A DNA stretch of 64,000 nt, from assembly GCA_013239625.1 (NCBI GenBank), contig MU054220.1:2727374-2791373 (forward strand), written 5' to 3'. Shown here one piece after another: positions 35,976-49,544 of the stretch (position 1 is its first letter; each line of letters opens with the position of its first letter). The notes below the pieces were generated by a model. It was given only the letters and a program-made list of their open reading frames with translations, made no database searches and was not told the DNA's origin. The stretch comes from Lama guanicoe. Taxonomy: Eukaryota. A program made the position numbers and the translations under genes.

Positions 35976-36887
35976 CCCTGGTAAGTTACTGAGCCTTGAC
36001 TTCTGGTTCTAAAGCTGATGGTATTTTCTGTTTTACTACGACTAAAATGGCAAGAGAGGTAATCACAAAAATAAATATAATTGTCTGAAGATAGGACATA
36101 AAATCTTGAAATCTGTAAATTGTTTAATATAAAAACCCATTTTCTTTCTTCCTGGCAAGTTGGGTATTGTCGTCTCCTAACATCATTAGAATCTAGACAC
36201 TATTAAATAATCTGATCTCATTTTGACTATTATCATAGAAATAAGCTTTGGAGGCTACTAAGTTTTGGAATTTTGCTAATAGTTTGACATACATATAGGG
36301 GAAAGGAGGCTTAACAGAAAATCTGTTGTTGCATTGTTTAAATTTTCCAGCATTGTGAGAGGCTCCTGATTTCTGGACAGAAGGATTTTTCTTCTAATTC
36401 ACCTTGTCTTTTCCTACCTGTCTTCCCCTGCCTTCTTCCCACCCCCGTCACACTCCTTTTTGTTTCTCGGCTTAAGCTGATTCCTTTCTCCAATCACTGC
36501 CCCCGTAAGTGCAGAGGCTGGACAGCTTCCTTGTCTCCTTGAGTAGAGACATAATAACCAGTCTCTTCCTTTAAGGAAGGTACTACAGAATGGAATTGCA
36601 TGTTGACATGCGTACAGATTGTTAATGAGAACTCACTTTCCTTGTGTGGACAGGAAGTTTTGTGACTCTGAAGATCAGAATCAGAGTATCCTGTCCCAGA
36701 TTTCCTTGGAAAGCTTCGTCTCAGGTATCTAGGAGGCCCTAGAAGCAGCTTAGACACTGGAGATGCAGGGGCTTCTGTGAACTCTTTTGTGCCCAAGATG
36801 GCTATGAGAATGGAGGTGGAGGTAATGTTAAATGCTCTAGTTTTCATTCCTGCTGTCACCAGAATAAAAATGACCTAACTGTATTTT

Positions 36888-36930
36888 GGGCCCCCAGGCG
36901 GCACTGAAATGACATGCCACCTGCTGACCT
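36888..36930. promoter_or_regulatory. Pair of opposed CTCF-like motifs
   Basis: + strand gggcccccaggcggcact; - strand aggtcagcaggtggcatg. Confidence 0.45.
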
Positions 36931-37982
36931 AACCCATTTCATTTCTGATACAAGGATAGCCAAAGCAATTTGTTCAATTTGCAGTTGACTATTTACTCTT
37001 TAAAGCAGCAATGATTAGATCTAGTGTAAGGAATCACATACTCTGTTTATCAAGAATTAAAATTTTAAAGGTGGAAAGTTATCCTTTTTGGAAGAAGTCA
37101 TTTAAATATGATGTATTTTACCTCAGAGACTAACTATGCTTTTAGAAAGCTACTTTTTGCTGTTGTTCCCCAGGAAGGAGTACAATCTGCTGATGAAATT
37201 TGAGATAACAGAAGTGTTTCTCAGCAGCAGCTGAATGGAGCAGAGAACTAGGAGACTTCTATATTTATCTTTAGGTAAATCTTGCAATTTACTAGGGAAA
37301 AAAAATCTGTGTAGCATGCAAGCAGATTAACTCGTGTTAATCCAGCAGCTGCTTCTCTGGCAAATAGAAGAGAGGGTATGCAGCTGTAGTCCTGCACACA
37401 CTCAGGTGCTGGATATACCTCCTTTGTCTCAGAAACTATGCCAAGAACCACATATGCTGATGAGTTCCTGTTTTTTCAGTTCTAATTAAAAAAAATCTTA
37501 ATTCCTATTTTTCCCTCTCATCCATCAAAATGAAGTGATTTAAAGTTTTCCATTAAGTGATAGTTTCAGGAGCTTGGACTATGGTCTTGAGCATTGTGTT
37601 GAATAGTTATGTATAGTACTGCAATTGATAAATTAAAGTTATAGAAGCACCTACTTCATTCCCCTCCCAGAGATCCTTATATCAGTGAGTAACATGCTGG
37701 CAGAATTAAGGTGTCTGCTTCCAATTCAGCCCTCTTTTATTTCTTGTTGCTTTCTGTGATTCGGCAGCTATGGAATTTGCTTCCCTGCATGGGTCTCTCA
37801 GAAGCCAGCTCTCCTGCTCTCCCCAACACGCTCACAGTCAGCAGAACAGGGAAATCACACTGATCAGCATACCACTCAGTTGATCAAAGGAAGCCAGCCA
37901 CTTTTCTTCAACAAGACCCAGTGGTATTAGTCACTGTGCCTTCTCCTGCCGTGAGCAAGGCCACTGGAACGCTGCTGGCAAC

Positions 37983-38116
37983 ATTAGTCTGTGTAAAAAG
38001 CTGTATATGTTCCCTTTGCCTTAGCTTTGGCATTGGCTTAGGCCTTGGCAAGGGGGGAGAAAAAAGAAAATACCTTGACAACCAGTATCTGCCCTTTGTA
38101 AAACGTGGTGTGAAGC
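37983..38116. repeat. Copy 1 of a diverged ~130-bp local direct repeat
   Basis: Aligns by eye to 39038-39165. Confidence 0.85.
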
Positions 38117-39037
38117 ATTCCCTTCATTGGCAATCCCTAGCGGCAATCCCTATCTCTACTGGGGGGAGACTTGGTAATTTTCTTTTAATTGTAAAAGAGC
38201 AGAGCCCCACAGCAAACTGAACATGTGGTGACTACATGAAATATATGACAATACGATCTTATATTGATTGAATTAATCAGGTTTGACAAATCTACAAAAT
38301 TAAAATAAGCCACATTTTTAGTATGTAATCTCTTGATTTTGTTGCTTTTTACTCTTTTCTGGGTAGTTGTACATGATTTTGTAGGAAACCTATGGGTCTC
38401 AGTGCTAATTAGTTGGATATAGACGGCATTTTGCTACTCGTGGCTCTAATGGGTGTATAATTCCCTTTCTTGTAAGCAGTTGGCATTTCAGTACAGTTTA
38501 CAACATGGAACATGGAAGGGACCCCCTGAGTAGGACAGTGGCTGCTCTTTGTCACTTGCAGCTGTGTCTGCAAGGGAGCATGCTGGCAACCAGCAAGGAG
38601 AGTGCTGTGACAGGTGGGGAGAGCAAACCAGAAAATATGCTTCTCCTTTCTCTTATCCTCTTTCTATTCCCTTCTTTCCCCCCACCCTTTTCTACCTGAC
38701 CTTCTGTTTTTCTTCTCTTCTCCTTTTAGAAGCCATCTGTTTTCCTCTACCAGTTCTGTTTGGCTTACAGATGCCACTATACAGGAATACACTGTGTTGG
38801 AGCTAGCGTATGCTTGACCTGTACTAAACGTATGTATTTTTTGGGCTGGGCTCAGCCTGATGCACGGAAGGGAATGGTGAGGGTCCGGCATGTAAAATTT
38901 CGGAAATTTTACACACCTAATTCTAGTAACACAGAAGGACAACATATCTTACTACCTGAATCTGAGAAATGGTCGAAGACTTTTCAGAGCCTGGCTCTTC
39001 AAGTTCTGCATTACTTCCTGTTAGAGATGGGAGCAGT

Positions 39038-39165
39038 ATTAGTCTGTGTGTAAGAAAGCTGCTTATGTTCCCTTGGTCTTAAGCTGGGCCTAGGCAAGGG
39101 GGGAAGAAAAGGTGGAAGATACCCCAATAGCCAGTATCTCTTCTTTCTAAGACTTGGTGTGAAGC
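39038..39165. repeat. Copy 2 of a diverged ~130-bp local direct repeat
   Basis: Aligns by eye to 37983-38116. Confidence 0.85.
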
Positions 39166-39291
39166 GTTTTCATCCCTGTTGTCAGTAACACAAGTTGTCA
39201 TTCTACAGTACTAGTTTAGCTGTTCCCTGAACAGTCATCCAGTTAATGGTCTACCTTCTGTGGTCTCCCTTCAGTTACCTTCTCCTCAGGC

Positions 39292-39745
39292 CTTGCTGGT
39301 GGAAATGTAAAATGGTGCCGCCACTTTGGAAAATAGTGTGGCAGTTCCTCAAAGTGTTAAACATAAAATTGCTATGTGACTCAGTAGTATATACTCCTAG
39401 GTATATACTAAAGAGAAATGAAAACATATGTCCAGACAAAACTTGTACACAAAATGTTCATGACAACATTATTCATGATAGCTAAAAACTGGAAACAACT
39501 CATCAACTGACAGATTGTTAGATAAAATGTGGTATACCCATACAATGGAATATTATTTAGCAATAAAAGGAATGAAGTACTGATGCATGCTATCACATGA
39601 ATGAATCTTGAAAACATTATGCTAAATGAAAGAAGCACATCACAAAAGGCCACATATAATGTGATTCCATTTTTATTAATGTCTAGAATATGCAAGTTTA
39701 TAGAGACAGAAAGTAGATCAATGGCTCCCCAAGGCAGCAGGAGGG

Positions 39746-39787
<42 letters not shown>

Positions 39788-39967
39788 AGAATGAGGAGTA
39801 ACTGCTAATGTGTTTGGACTTTCTTTTGGGGGTAATGAAATGTTCTAAAATTGATTGTGATGATGGTTGTATAACTGTGAATATGCTAAACACCATTGAA
39901 TTTGTACACTTTAAATGGTTGAATTGTATGGTATGTGAATTATATCTCAATAAAGCTATTTTAAAAA
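39292..39967 (+). mobile_element. L1MB-type 3' end (ORF2 tail and 3'UTR) with an internal (TG)n at ~39749-39786
   Basis: 'ttgctggtggaaatgtaaaatggtgccgccactttggaaaatag...atgaatcttgaaaacattatgctaaatgaaagaagc...gaattatatctcaataaagct'. Confidence 0.9.
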
Positions 39968-40059
39968 TTATTACTACATATTTCATTTGGTCTGTAGGCA
40001 CTGAATTGTCTTTCCTAAGGTTGTAGAGGCTAGGAGAACCCATATTACCAATAAGAATA

Positions 40060-40830
40060 CCAATCTAATAAAGGTAATAACTTAGTTGCACAGTGTGTCC
40101 TTGTTTACCCATAGTTTTCACGTACTTTATCTAATTTGATCCCCACTGAACCCCAGTGTGCAGATGAAAGTGACACACATAAAGAAAAAGTGATTTCTTT
40201 AAGATTTTATAACCAATAAATGATAGAGCAAGTGTTTAATTTAGGCTTTCTGGTTCCTGGTCACACCACTCTGGTCAGAACAATGTCAGAACATTGCAAA
40301 GAAAGTAATGGTGACCCTTAATGTTTTCCAGATTCTTAATTATGCTTATTTAACCCTTTTACTTCTTGAATATGACTAGAAAAGTCTCTCACTTTCTCTC
40401 TTGCTTTCCTTTTCTGGAAAATAGAGATAAGAATGCCTCACATCTTAGAAGTCACTTACCTTTCTGTCTTGATTTCTTTATCTAGAAGTGGGAACTAGGA
40501 ATGTTTCCTGTTTCATGGGCATATAATAGACTAACTAATAAAAAAACAATTATGAAACATCTTGCCAGGCTTTAAAAATTCTTTATAATAAACTATCAAA
40601 GTCTTGGTTTTTCCTTTCCTTTTTTTGTTGTACAACCTCACAACCTCTGAGGTAGGATGTAATAATAACAGCTTATATCACTTATTTTCTCTGCGGAGCT
40701 CAAAACCCTGTACAGACATTATCAAATTAATCCTCCCTACATCCCTGTGAGTTACACAGGAAACTGGTATCTGAGGAGCTAGGGTGCAGAGAGGTGAAGT
40801 AACTTGCCTGAAGCCTTTATTTCAGTCTGG
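40060..40830. mobile_element. Cluster of MIR fragments
   Basis: MIR core text such as 'ttaatcctccctacatccctgtgag...cagagaggtgaagtaacttgcctgaag'. Confidence 0.55.
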
Positions 40831-43800
40831 GTCTATACTATACCGATTGCTCATTTATTTGCTCCTAGTGATATTTATTTCATTAATTACATTCATTCTC
40901 TGAGTTTATCACTTGTTAAACATGAAAGCAGTGCTTGAATAGCCCTCCTGAATCACTTTAGATCAGCTTTGACCTGGCTGTGTTGTTCTGGATCTAGACT
41001 AGGAAACAGTATAGAACTTCTGAATATAAACTTTTTACTTGAACATTCACTGTGGGGTGCAGTGCCAGCTGTGTGTCCTGCTGTGTAGACAGGAGAAATC
41101 CTGGATGAGTCTTTGGAAACTACTCTCATTTGTCCAGACACTCTTAACAGGGTGGAGGCAGACTTCCTTCCAAGTCGCTAAGTTTTACAGTAGGTTTACA
41201 TGTAGCAAGCTCATTTACCATCTGGATTACAACCTACATCTTCACCACAGCCATCATTTAATATTACTTTGGTCTTATGGCTTAATCCCGTCACCAACCC
41301 CTCTGACAGAGACTGTGTATGAGAGGAACGTGTATGATGATTAGAAAGGCCTATATGAGATTGCCTTAGAGTAGCTTCTAGTAACCCACCAGATAGCAGA
41401 GTGAAGCCTGACCTATCTACTGGAAAATATTAAATTCTGACTCTTCTCTTTCCTTGTGTTAAGTGAAGCTTTGGTTTCTTGCCTAGGCTATCCTGGCAAG
41501 CTTTTTTGGTTGTTTGGTTTTTTTGGAGGAGTTTCTGTTTTCTCAACCTGATCTCTCATCTTACTTGATGGGGGCATACTCTCCCCTCCCCCCACTCCAG
41601 AAATAGAGTTCCTTTCATATTAGCCTTGTTGGTGAGCTGCCCCAGGGGAGATGGCCCCAGCATTGTTGGCACTGTCCTGTGTACAGTTAATTAAACCTGC
41701 TGTGGACTGGGTTTCTGCTGCCACTGTTCACTGATGTTTGTGAACTGAGTGAAGCACATGTACACAAGCTCAGGCGCACTCACAGAAACAAACCCTGAAA
41801 ACAGCAAAATACGAAGTTGGGGTAAAGCCTTCAGCTTTTAAATAAGCTTGGTAATCTGGCTAGCTGAATGCCGGAGCTCACAAAGCTGAGAATTGCATTT
41901 CTGAAGATAAGACGGGCCTTTTTTGTGCTTTTATCTTTTCTTCCCAAAATATATTGAGTTTTAATATGGTGCTTTATCTCTGTGAGCAAGAAAACAGAGC
42001 CAGTGGTGCACTCATGGGCCACCGGATCTAACCCAGAGTGGAATTTGTCCTCATTTCTCTGGTGACCACATCCCAAGAAGGTAAACCTTGTCCAGAGTCT
42101 TCTTCCTAAGACATGTGGCTGCCATATCCTCCTTGCGGCATAAAGGAAACTCATGAAAGGCGAAGAGTAGGGCTTTATAAAAGTCTAGTAACCTACACAT
42201 TTTAGAGAACAGATAGAGATTTCCTTTGAAATTAGGCCCCTGCCCTTTTTTATTAACTAAATGTGCAGAGAATCTTAATTTCAAACCTTTTCTCTTTTTT
42301 TTTTTTTTGAAATACTTTGTAGTGCTTTGGATCATCCTTGTGATTATTTATTAGGACCTAAAATGCTTATTTAAGAAAAAATTAATTTTTTCTAATTCTC
42401 ATCTTGCTTACTTGGGTAAAATTTAGCAAGTAATCAGGCTGGGGTAGTAGTGGAGTCTTGAAAACATATCGGTTGCTGAATCAGGCAGCCTCTCTGTTCT
42501 ATTTCCACGAATCCCAACTCCACTCAGCAAATTTCAACTGTATTTTTATGTAAAATCCATCAATCAGGAAGTATTCTATCAGCTCCTCCCTTGTGTTAAT
42601 ATCTAGTATGTGTGCTAACGCTTATGATCTTTAGTGGGGAGAAAGGAATGATAACATAATACATAGTGGAAGAGGATACTGCATAATAGAGAGTTAGTAT
42701 GTGATATAGATAATGAGACACAAGAGCGCAGGGAACCCAAATGGGGCCTGGATCCAGAAAGGTAGAAAGAGTGAAGGCATTCTAAGAGGAATCACGTGAG
42801 CCGAGGCAAGGATATGGCACTGAAGGGACATAAGAACAGCATAAGAACGTAAGAACTTTATGCTAAAATTTTTTCATAAAATGGGTTGGGAAACAATGAA
42901 AATTAAGATTGAGTAGTTATTATAGGGCCTGGTACTAGAAGGCTTTAATTGACCATACTGTTCCCAGACTTGATCAGAGAACTTTGATCAGTACCTGTCT
43001 TTTGAATGGAATGCTTTAGCATTTGAAGGGTGGAATGAGTTTGGAAGAAATAAGGTTTCATTGGCCTGTTTGCTTTGTTTGTTTGTTTGTTTCTTTTGCT
43101 CAAACAATATATTCACAGAACTAAATCAATTCTCTGTCTTGCAGAAGGAGGTTAAGAGAGCAGGGATTTTCCCCTTAAAAGGAATTTTGTTTCCTAATTG
43201 TGAAATCTTGGCCTGTTTGCTTATAAATGAGAATATTTATGACTGAAAGAATGGGTTAAAGTTTCAAGAGTTTGGATAACTGTTGCAAAAGCAAAATTAT
43301 TTATAACATTGTTTCCTGACCTGGGGTTGCCTGAAAGAATAAAAGAAATCTTACATTTACCTATAATAAGTTGCACAAGATGTTACATAGAAATATTGTT
43401 TGTTTGAAAGATAAAATATGGGATCCAAGTGGCAGTGGTTAGAGGGAGGGACGGTAGTAGTTCAGGGGGCCCTGGTAGGCTAAAGATTGGGAATTTCTGT
43501 TGTGAATTACAGTTTTAGGTTTGAGTAGGAACAGATGACCCTAAAATTCCAATTATGCCTTTTACCTTAGTATGAATTTTTGATATTTATTTTCTACTTG
43601 TTTAAGGTACATTTTAATTTAATAGTATATTCTCAGTAAAGCCAGAAGGAGCCTGTAGCTGTATTGTAGGTAGGCTTTTGAATAGTAGTTTATTTTCCAG
43701 TTTGTTTTCCTGTATCTTGTGTTGATAGTTGCCTTTATTTATCTCATTTAAACAGTGGTGGTTGGGTTGAAACTTGATTCTAGCCAATTTTATTATGATG

Positions 43801-46800
43801 AGTTTACCATCTTCTCAAATGTAGTATTCCTCTGATGCATTGTTACTATATCATTAAGGTAAAAACAAATTTACAGCTGTTAACCACAAACCTAACCTTT
43901 CCTCAGTTTGCTTGATTTACTACAAATTAAATTATATTATATCTGATAGAAATCATTAAGTATATAATTTAAAGCAGTTGCTGTGATCCATCTTTTACTG
44001 TTTTCTGCCCTCACATCCAAATGTGGAACTTCAAGTCTGAAAGGCAGTGAAATGATTAGAAAACTGCCCTTCTGGAGACCCGAGTGAGCATTCATATCCA
44101 TGTTGCTGTATGACAGCAGGATCCTTTCAGCCCTGAGCCGGAGATGCGCACACTGCATTCAGGATGGAATGTTTGCTCCTTGACTTGTCTGCCTGATTTA
44201 AATATTCATACTTCACCAGAAGGAAAAAGCTGCTGACTTCTAAAAGTGGGTCAGTTTTTTTTTAATGGCCCTTTTGGCACTTTGCAACGTGTTAATACTG
44301 CCTTAGAGCTGGGAATAGTTTGGCAGAGCTCATCTTTATCACTTCAGGGGCCAAGGCTTCACTCGGCCAGTGCAAGGAGAGAGCCCTGCAGATATTAATG
44401 GCCAAAAGATTATGATAGGGGCTTTATTTGCCTTTCTGTGTGCTTTTCTAGATGTAGAATGTAGTATGTTAATTAGAAAGGATTAATTTGAGAAAAACCT
44501 TTTATGTGTAGACGAATGATAAAGGCAACGATGTAAGTAAACAGCAGTAGCCTGTGTCTTCAGATGCATGGTATTTCAGAATAAATTCCACAATTGCATA
44601 AATTTGTTTTATTTCTCTATTTGAATATGATGACTTTTGAAAATGGTCTTTGGATAGAATGGGATTGCTGTTCGGTGGTGAATCTTATTCCTACATCATT
44701 TATTTAAGCTTAAAGATTATATAAAGTGTACTTTATATTGATTGAGTTTCTTATATCTAAGGGACCCAAAAGGCATTTTAAACATAAATGTCATTTTTTT
44801 TATCCTCACAAAATTAGAAATTTAAATATCCTTTTTGGATAGGAGGGGTAGGATGGTTAGATGAGAAAGGGAGTGTTAGATAATAGGATGTACTAGAGGG
44901 AGAGAGAGCTTCTGGAGACTCTGATTACCATGTCTTAGTCATAAGACATAAATGAGATTGAGAGAATTCAAATTACTTGTGCAGGAGAAACGTTACACAT
45001 TTCACCAGTCTCCTCCTTCAGTTCCACAGGGTTTACCAAAATGAGTCGATAGTTTCAGTCCAGTCTTACAATGTGTCCGTGGCCTATCTTATAGCAACTC
45101 GAGTGTTGATGGATTCTCCCAGAATTGCACTGATCACACAAACTAATATGGCTTCTTTTAGGATCTTCTTGATCATTGCCAAATTCTAGCTCCCACTTTA
45201 AAATGCCCAACGACTTGTCCAGTGATCTAAAAGTTTGGTTCAGGAATCCCTAAAAACTTGAAATATGCTCTGTTGAGGAAAATGGTCAGTGATGTGGCTC
45301 TCCCAGAGACCCAAGATGTGTTTGCTTTTATTAAAATGATTAGCACTATATTTAGCTGCCTGACACCCTGGAAAATAACCAGAATATTATTGAACTTGTA
45401 ATTCTGAGGAGTTACTTGCCTACCTTTCTTAGACTTTGTGTTCCAAAAAGATTTATCTGTAAATCTAAAATCATGTTAAATATAGTAGGGGAAATGCCAT
45501 TTTTAATAGTTACACAGATATATAAGATTTAAAAAATAGACTAGATGAACCCTGGCTTCAGATCTCGTAGTGGAGAATTTTAAGGAATTCTGCAGTATGT
45601 CTTTACTATAAGGCACAATCTTTCTGTAATAGAAATGCCTGCTACTGAAAGTATTGAAGGATTTAGTGTCATGTTGTCTACTTTCAGATGGTTCATGGGG
45701 AAAAAAAAGACACACAAAGATTTGGAGGAGGGTGGAAGGATATATAGATATTTGCTTTATTGAAGGGATCATTGTATTATTCTTTGAACTTTTCTGTATG
45801 TTTGAAATTTTATAAAATAAAAAGTCATAAAAATAAAAACAAGAAACGCTTCCTAATTTATTTAAAATCTGGGTCTTCGTATGTTAGGTATGGTTACAGA
45901 GCATCAAATTGGGCAGAACCTGTCCCTTCAGAATCTTGGCATGCACACTTCGTATGACCCCCAAAGGAAGCAGATAATCTTGGCCTGTGTATAATTGAAA
46001 CCAAGGAGAAGAGACTTATAACTTTCAGATTAACCCCTTGGCTGATGTTCCCAAGATAAAGTTGATCCAAATGACTAAAAATAATTTTCAGAGTGTTTTA
46101 TAGTGTGCAGCAAAAGTCATTGCTCAAAAGAAATAACCACAATACTCAAATCAATAGTCAACACAGTGCTTTCTCTAATACATCTCAGATGTTTCTAAGA
46201 TCTCACTTGTTAATGACTTTTCTTTTCCAACCCTCTGACTTTTTTCCTTTTTAGTGACTTTTGTGTTTTGTGTGTGTTGATAAAATTCAGTTTTTAAAAA
46301 TATGACCTGCTTTGCTTCTGTGTTTCAAATTGTGTTGGGGGGCAATGGGGAAGGAGATGATGGAGAAAGAAAGGAGAATAGGAGGTTGGATTTTTTTGTA
46401 TGTGTTTTAAAGAAGAATGAGAGAAAGGAGTACATGTATCTAGTGCTTACTGTATTATCTTCACCATGAAAGTCAGCAAGGGTGACCTATTTACTGTATA
46501 CAATTGTGTTCAGATCTGGCACACTGACAAAAGATGGGACCAGCCTGGGATGTCCTTACTCTTGCTGGATCAAGAACCCTAATCTTGTGTGGTGGGCAGG
46601 GGTGGGTGTGTAGTATCCTACTGTGAGCTCTGTCAGTGTAGTTCTAAGGGTGATTAGATTTACATTTAACCAAAGAGGAAAGGGGGAGCTCTTCTTTTTC
46701 TATGTAAATAATCAATTCATGAGAGAGAATCCGAGCTGTAAGAAAAAATTGCAGTGGTATTTAACCTTGAACATATACAGAATCCTCCACTCCCCACCAT

Positions 46801-48339
46801 AGTATGCAATTCTGTGTAAGATACTTCAGGATTGAATTGTGAGCAACTGTTTATCAGCAGGATCTTTTAATGCAGTCCTTTTAGCTCATACTCTTATTTT
46901 CCACACGTTAGATTGTATTAGTTGCTAAACCCTAATACACCACAATGAGTAATCCAACTGTTTATACTCTCAGAATCATCGTAGATTGTACAAGGGCTAG
47001 AGAGCCCCAAGCTCTCACCCTTCCCCACCTTTTTAAAATCACTATCCGCAAATTATATCTTCCATTTATAATTATATTGCCAAATATTTTGGAATTAAAG
47101 AATCCCTAAAAAACTTTATTATAGTCTGTGCGACATAGTGTTTTTCTTTGTTTATAACTACAAGTAGTATCATCACTGTGTAGTGTAGCTATTTCCTTCA
47201 ACCACCAGCCCACCCTGCCTCCATCCTACCTCCATTCACCACTAAGGTGAGACCACTAGGTTTAGTGAAATTTTGTTCCCTATGTGACTTGTATTACGTT
47301 CTACCTGCAAAAATACAGGAGTGAAGTGAAAAGTCAGTTGAGATTGCTGCCACAGGTTGTTCAGAAGAAATCACATCTAGTAACCCTGTTATATCTGGCA
47401 GAGTTCATACTCAGAGCCCGCACAGAAAGACTTGGAAGGTTAAAGTCTCCTGCTGGAACATTTTCAGTTACGTGTGCTTTAGGCTTATAAAAGGTCTAAT
47501 CTCTTCTCCCAAAAATACTGTTCATATCAAATAACAGTGAACTTAATTTGAGGATTTTTTTCAGTAGATGCGTTGCTTGGAAGTCTTGGGAAGATTCAGA
47601 AAAGGAAACAGATTGATAAGCATTCAGTATTTTTCATTCATGCAGATATTTTTAATCATAGGAAAAATTTTAAATTATTTTCTCTGATTTTAGTCAAGGA
47701 CTCTAGAAAGCTGCAGATTGTGCAGTTTTGACTGAGATCCTGATAGTGATCTGTAATTTTAGTTTGCTCTGTGTAATAGTGACCTTTTGTCTTTACTACT
47801 GACAAAGGTGGATTGAAATATAGAACTGAATTTGGTCTTTATAATGTACCATTGAGCCTATTTGTATCCTGATTTTTAAGATGCTGTTGACTGATAGAAA
47901 AAGTTTGACTATTAGAGTATAGGTCTCTAGGTTTAAGTTAGAGCTCTCCATCTGACCCTTACATGCTTCCTGAGAATTAGTATTATCGTAAAAATTATGG
48001 CAAACTGCTTCCTTCAGGATGTGCCCTGTACTTACATGTCTGTTCTCAGACTTCCCCACACATTCACTTTGCCTGGGACAAAGCTGCCTTATGGACTTCC
48101 CTGGCCACACGTAATTGATTAGCTAAACCTTTATTTGTAAGTATAAGCGGACAAGAAAAAAAATTCTGGTTATGTGAAGAGAATCAGTAGCTTGCAAGTA
48201 GAGAATGAAGCTGAGCAATCAGACCAAATTCCTCACCCCACCTCTGCTAACCGCTAATGCAGAAAAACAGGAGGTAACTGTCAAAATTTTTCATTTGTGT
48301 TCTCAGTAAGGTTTGAGAGGATATTGTTTTATCAGTAAA

Positions 48340-48650
48340 ACAAGAACAGACTATCCTTATTATCCTCAGAATAGAAGTCCAGTAATAGTGGCCTGGAAGG
48401 GTCCCAGGGCCTGTCCTCCTTTCCTACTCTCCAGCCCACTAATCCTGCTCCGGCCACCTGGGGCTCCTTGCTGTTCCTTGAGCTTGTTACGCTGTTTCCC
48501 CCTTCAGGCTTCATAGTGGCCATTCTCTCTGTCTGGGAAACTCTTAAATAGATACACAGCTAGCTAGCTTCTTCACCACCTTCAAGAGACTGGAATGTGA
48601 TCTGGCTCTTAGTAGGTGCTCAATAAGTAGTTTTTGAAAGATTGAAATAA
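48340..48650 (+). mobile_element. L2 fragment
   Basis: 'cagaatagaagtcc...ttctctctgtctggga...tagtaggtgctcaataagtag'. Confidence 0.6.
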
Positions 48651-49544
48651 AACAGGAGTATTCAAAAGTAAATGTAATAGAGGGAGTAAATAACAAGATG
48701 GACAAGATGATGCAAGAAGATGAATCAGTAAATTAGAAGAAAATTAAGGAATTCTATAACAAAACAAAGAGTCAGAGGTGGAAAATATGAATGAGAAAAT
48801 AAACATGGAGACTAGATATAAGTGATTTAGTATCTATATAATAGGAGTTTTAGAAGAAAAACTGATAAAAAGAACTTGCAAAAGAGAACAGTTTCTGAGC
48901 TGAAAAAAGCCTCAGATCTTAAAATAAAGCTCTTAGCATCAGGCGAGATTATTTGGGGAAGAAAAAGGCTCATCCTTCTGCTAAAAATTTTAAATACTTA
49001 AATAAGGAGAAAAATACCACAAACTTCTCAATAGTTAAATAACAACAACCAAAAGAGCTACATATGAAGGAATAAGAATCAGATAAACATTACATTTTTC
49101 ATCAACATGAAGGTACAAGATTGTGACACTAGAACTTTATATTTAAGAAAGGAATCATTTAGGTGTGAGGGTAAAAGAAATTTAGTGAGCATTATTGCGA
49201 CTAATAAAAGGTGGCTATAGACAAGACAAAATCAAAACCAAGAGCTTTCCTTTCTGTGAGCAGTCCTGTAAGGAAATAATAATGGAAAAAATTAATTACA
49301 AAAGCAAGACATTTTTTAAAAGACAAAAGTAAACTTAATAAGAAATGTGTAATATCTGTACCTTTACCTAGGGGTATAAAAGGACTTGAATAAATGAAGA
49401 TCTCCATATTCTTTCTGTATGGAAAGGGTCAAAATTTTAAAGAAGTTTATTCTCCTGAAATCTAAAAATTTAATACTATTCCATTCAAAATTCCACTGGA
49501 TATTTTGGGGAATTTGACAGATTTATTCTATAGTTCTGGCCTAG

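Noticed and set aside
37983..38116. H/ACA snoRNA reading of the duplicated element
   Set aside because: An H-box-like AGAAAA follows the first stem, but no conserved terminal ACA or convincing second long hairpin is shared by both copies
39408..40043. 211-aa minus-strand ORF with HTHTHT repeat
   Set aside because: Antisense to an L1MB 3'UTR and a (TG)n microsatellite; a chance ORF
44719..44738. Near-palindrome atataaagt-gt-actttatat
   Set aside because: AT-rich and short; expected by chance
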